Below, piece after piece: positions 62,541-64,000 of a stretch of DNA of 64,000 nucleotides. The position numbers were made by a program, and so were the translations under genes. The notes beneath the pieces are model-generated. The model saw nothing but the letters and a program-made list of their open reading frames with translations. It was not told the DNA's origin and searched no databases. Where the stretch lies: NCBI GenBank assembly GCA_964187785.1, contig OZ076409.1, positions 4,776,001 to 4,840,000 of the forward strand, written 5' to 3'. This DNA comes from Amphiscolops sp. MND2022 (taxonomy: Eukaryota). How positions within the stretch are numbered: position 1 is the first letter of the stretch; each line of letters opens with the position of its first letter.

Positions 62541-63881
62541 CCATGAACTTTGGGAATTATGCTTTTTCTTTAGGAATTTGTTGCGAATTCAATCATTGTG
62601 CTGAGATTTTGCTAAAAACTTTGAAGGCTATGGGTTCCTAGTGTTCCCGTTGAAATGTAACTCAATCAAGTAAATCACAAAACAACGTAGCGACCATGAG
62701 TCTTATTCCCCCCCCCAAGCGGCCGGGGGTGGGATAATAAGAAACAAGGTTCAATTATTTCATGATGTCGAGATCGTTCGGCTGAAATTTCGGACCAATA
62801 AATTATTTCATGTCACCATAATCCTTTTTCATTGATTCACATTTAACAGCTGCTCTTTTTAATTCATGGCAGAGAAAGTTTGCATTGAAATAGGGGCTTT
62901 CCTGAACAATTTTACCGTGTGTCCAGGGGCGAATTTTTGCTTTTTTTGTCAAAAATTATACAAAAAGTCCAGATAATTTTCTGTTTTAAATGTCGAAACA
63001 ACTCTAGAGACAATTCACTAAGTATTCATAGGCATATCAATTCCTTTCATTCGCCCAATAAATTTTTCAAGCATAGAAGTTGTTTTTGTATGAGGTAAAG
63101 AAACAATGCACTTATCCTATTTACTTGATAAACGTAGGTGCAAATCTGTGGAAAATACTCTCATTTTCAAGTTTGTTTGAACCGTATCTCAAAAATTTTG
63201 GTGATCATGGTAAACTAAGTTGAATGAGCGGAAATATCCGAATGTGAACAAAACGCCCATTTCCATTGAGGTCTTTTTCGCAAACGTCAAAATCAAAAAA
63301 AACTTTTTGGCTGGTTTTTGTGTTTTTTGTTTCTTTCTTTTCCCGTAAGAGCACTAAAAAGAATTGGCTGTTATATTTCTACACTTTTAGTGCTATCATG
63401 TACTAAATCATAACAAGCAGGGCCCAAATCGGTGCTCCCTCAAATTGCAAAACATCTCAAGTTTCTTGAATATGCAAAACCAATATTTTTAAACTTTTAA
63501 GAATTTCTCAGTGCCAAAAATACCCCAAGGGATATGCATAAGACTCGGCAACTACTTTTTTCCCAACTGGAAACACAAAAAATTCATATTTTGAAAAATT
63601 ATGTTTTTTCATTTTTTTCGGAAGAATTTCATGGTTTTCCAAAATTGCATTCTCCACAATCATTAAGAAAACTCATCAGTTCCACAGGATCAAAAAATAA
63701 CAAAGAAGAGTTCTCCCTTAAGACTCGGAAAACAGGTTTCGTTCGAAGAAACCACCCCCAACTCCCAAAAAAAATGTACAGAAAAAATATTCTACTTTTG
63801 TTTTCCATTTTTTATTTCGGTAAGTCGTATGTATATGACGTCATTCGTGGCTAATTGAATGTTTTCACAGCACTCACAAAC

Positions 63882-64000
63882 CCAGGAAGACGACTTTGAA
63901 GACCTTGCTCCTGCAGCCGGCACTGTGCAGCTGGGTGGTGCTCTCGACCTCCCGGATGTGCTTCTCGAAGGTGTCTCTGATGTCATTGGCCGACACCAGC
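63882..64000 (-). CDS. Large-Rab (RASEF/CRACR2A/RAB44-like) exon with N-terminal extension (LVSANDIRDTFEKHIREVESTTQLHSAGCRSKVFKVVFLG)
   Basis: Open frame ends FKVVFLG and splices in phase to DASVGKTS; runs off the window. Confidence 0.85.

Overview
AT-rich, intron-containing animal genomic DNA dominated by transposable elements. The repeat and element style recalls acoel/flatworm genomes, but that is an inference only. Two convergent host genes are partly visible. On +, an SLC24/NCKX K+-dependent Na+/Ca2+ exchanger has 9 recognisable exons (9296-37356; 5' exons not found in the window). On -, a large-Rab-type GTPase (RASEF/CRACR2A/RAB44-like) has its last 4 exons at 56511-64000. Elements present: the right end of a large LTR-like element with divergent accessory ORFs (1-4840), a full-length Ty3/gypsy element (14718-20590), a tandemly duplicated Tc1/IS630-like transposon (22245-25955), a non-autonomous LTR element (40246-45329), a LINE with intact ORF2 (52367-55640), about 10 Helentron-associated (HINE/DINE-1-like) repeats and several MITEs. 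The most striking signal is that both complete LTR elements have precise TG...CA ends but are flanked by very long direct duplications of target DNA (about 296 bp and 94 bp) instead of 4-6 bp TSDs. A third LTR end sits exactly at the junction of a kb-scale duplication that copied the 3' end of the Rab gene. DNA transposons in the same window have normal 2, 8 and 9 bp TSDs. Also notable are LTRs whose U5 appears to encode the gag N-terminus, and a LINE whose AUG-less ORF2 is in frame with ORF1 across a single UGA-CUA readthrough-type stop.
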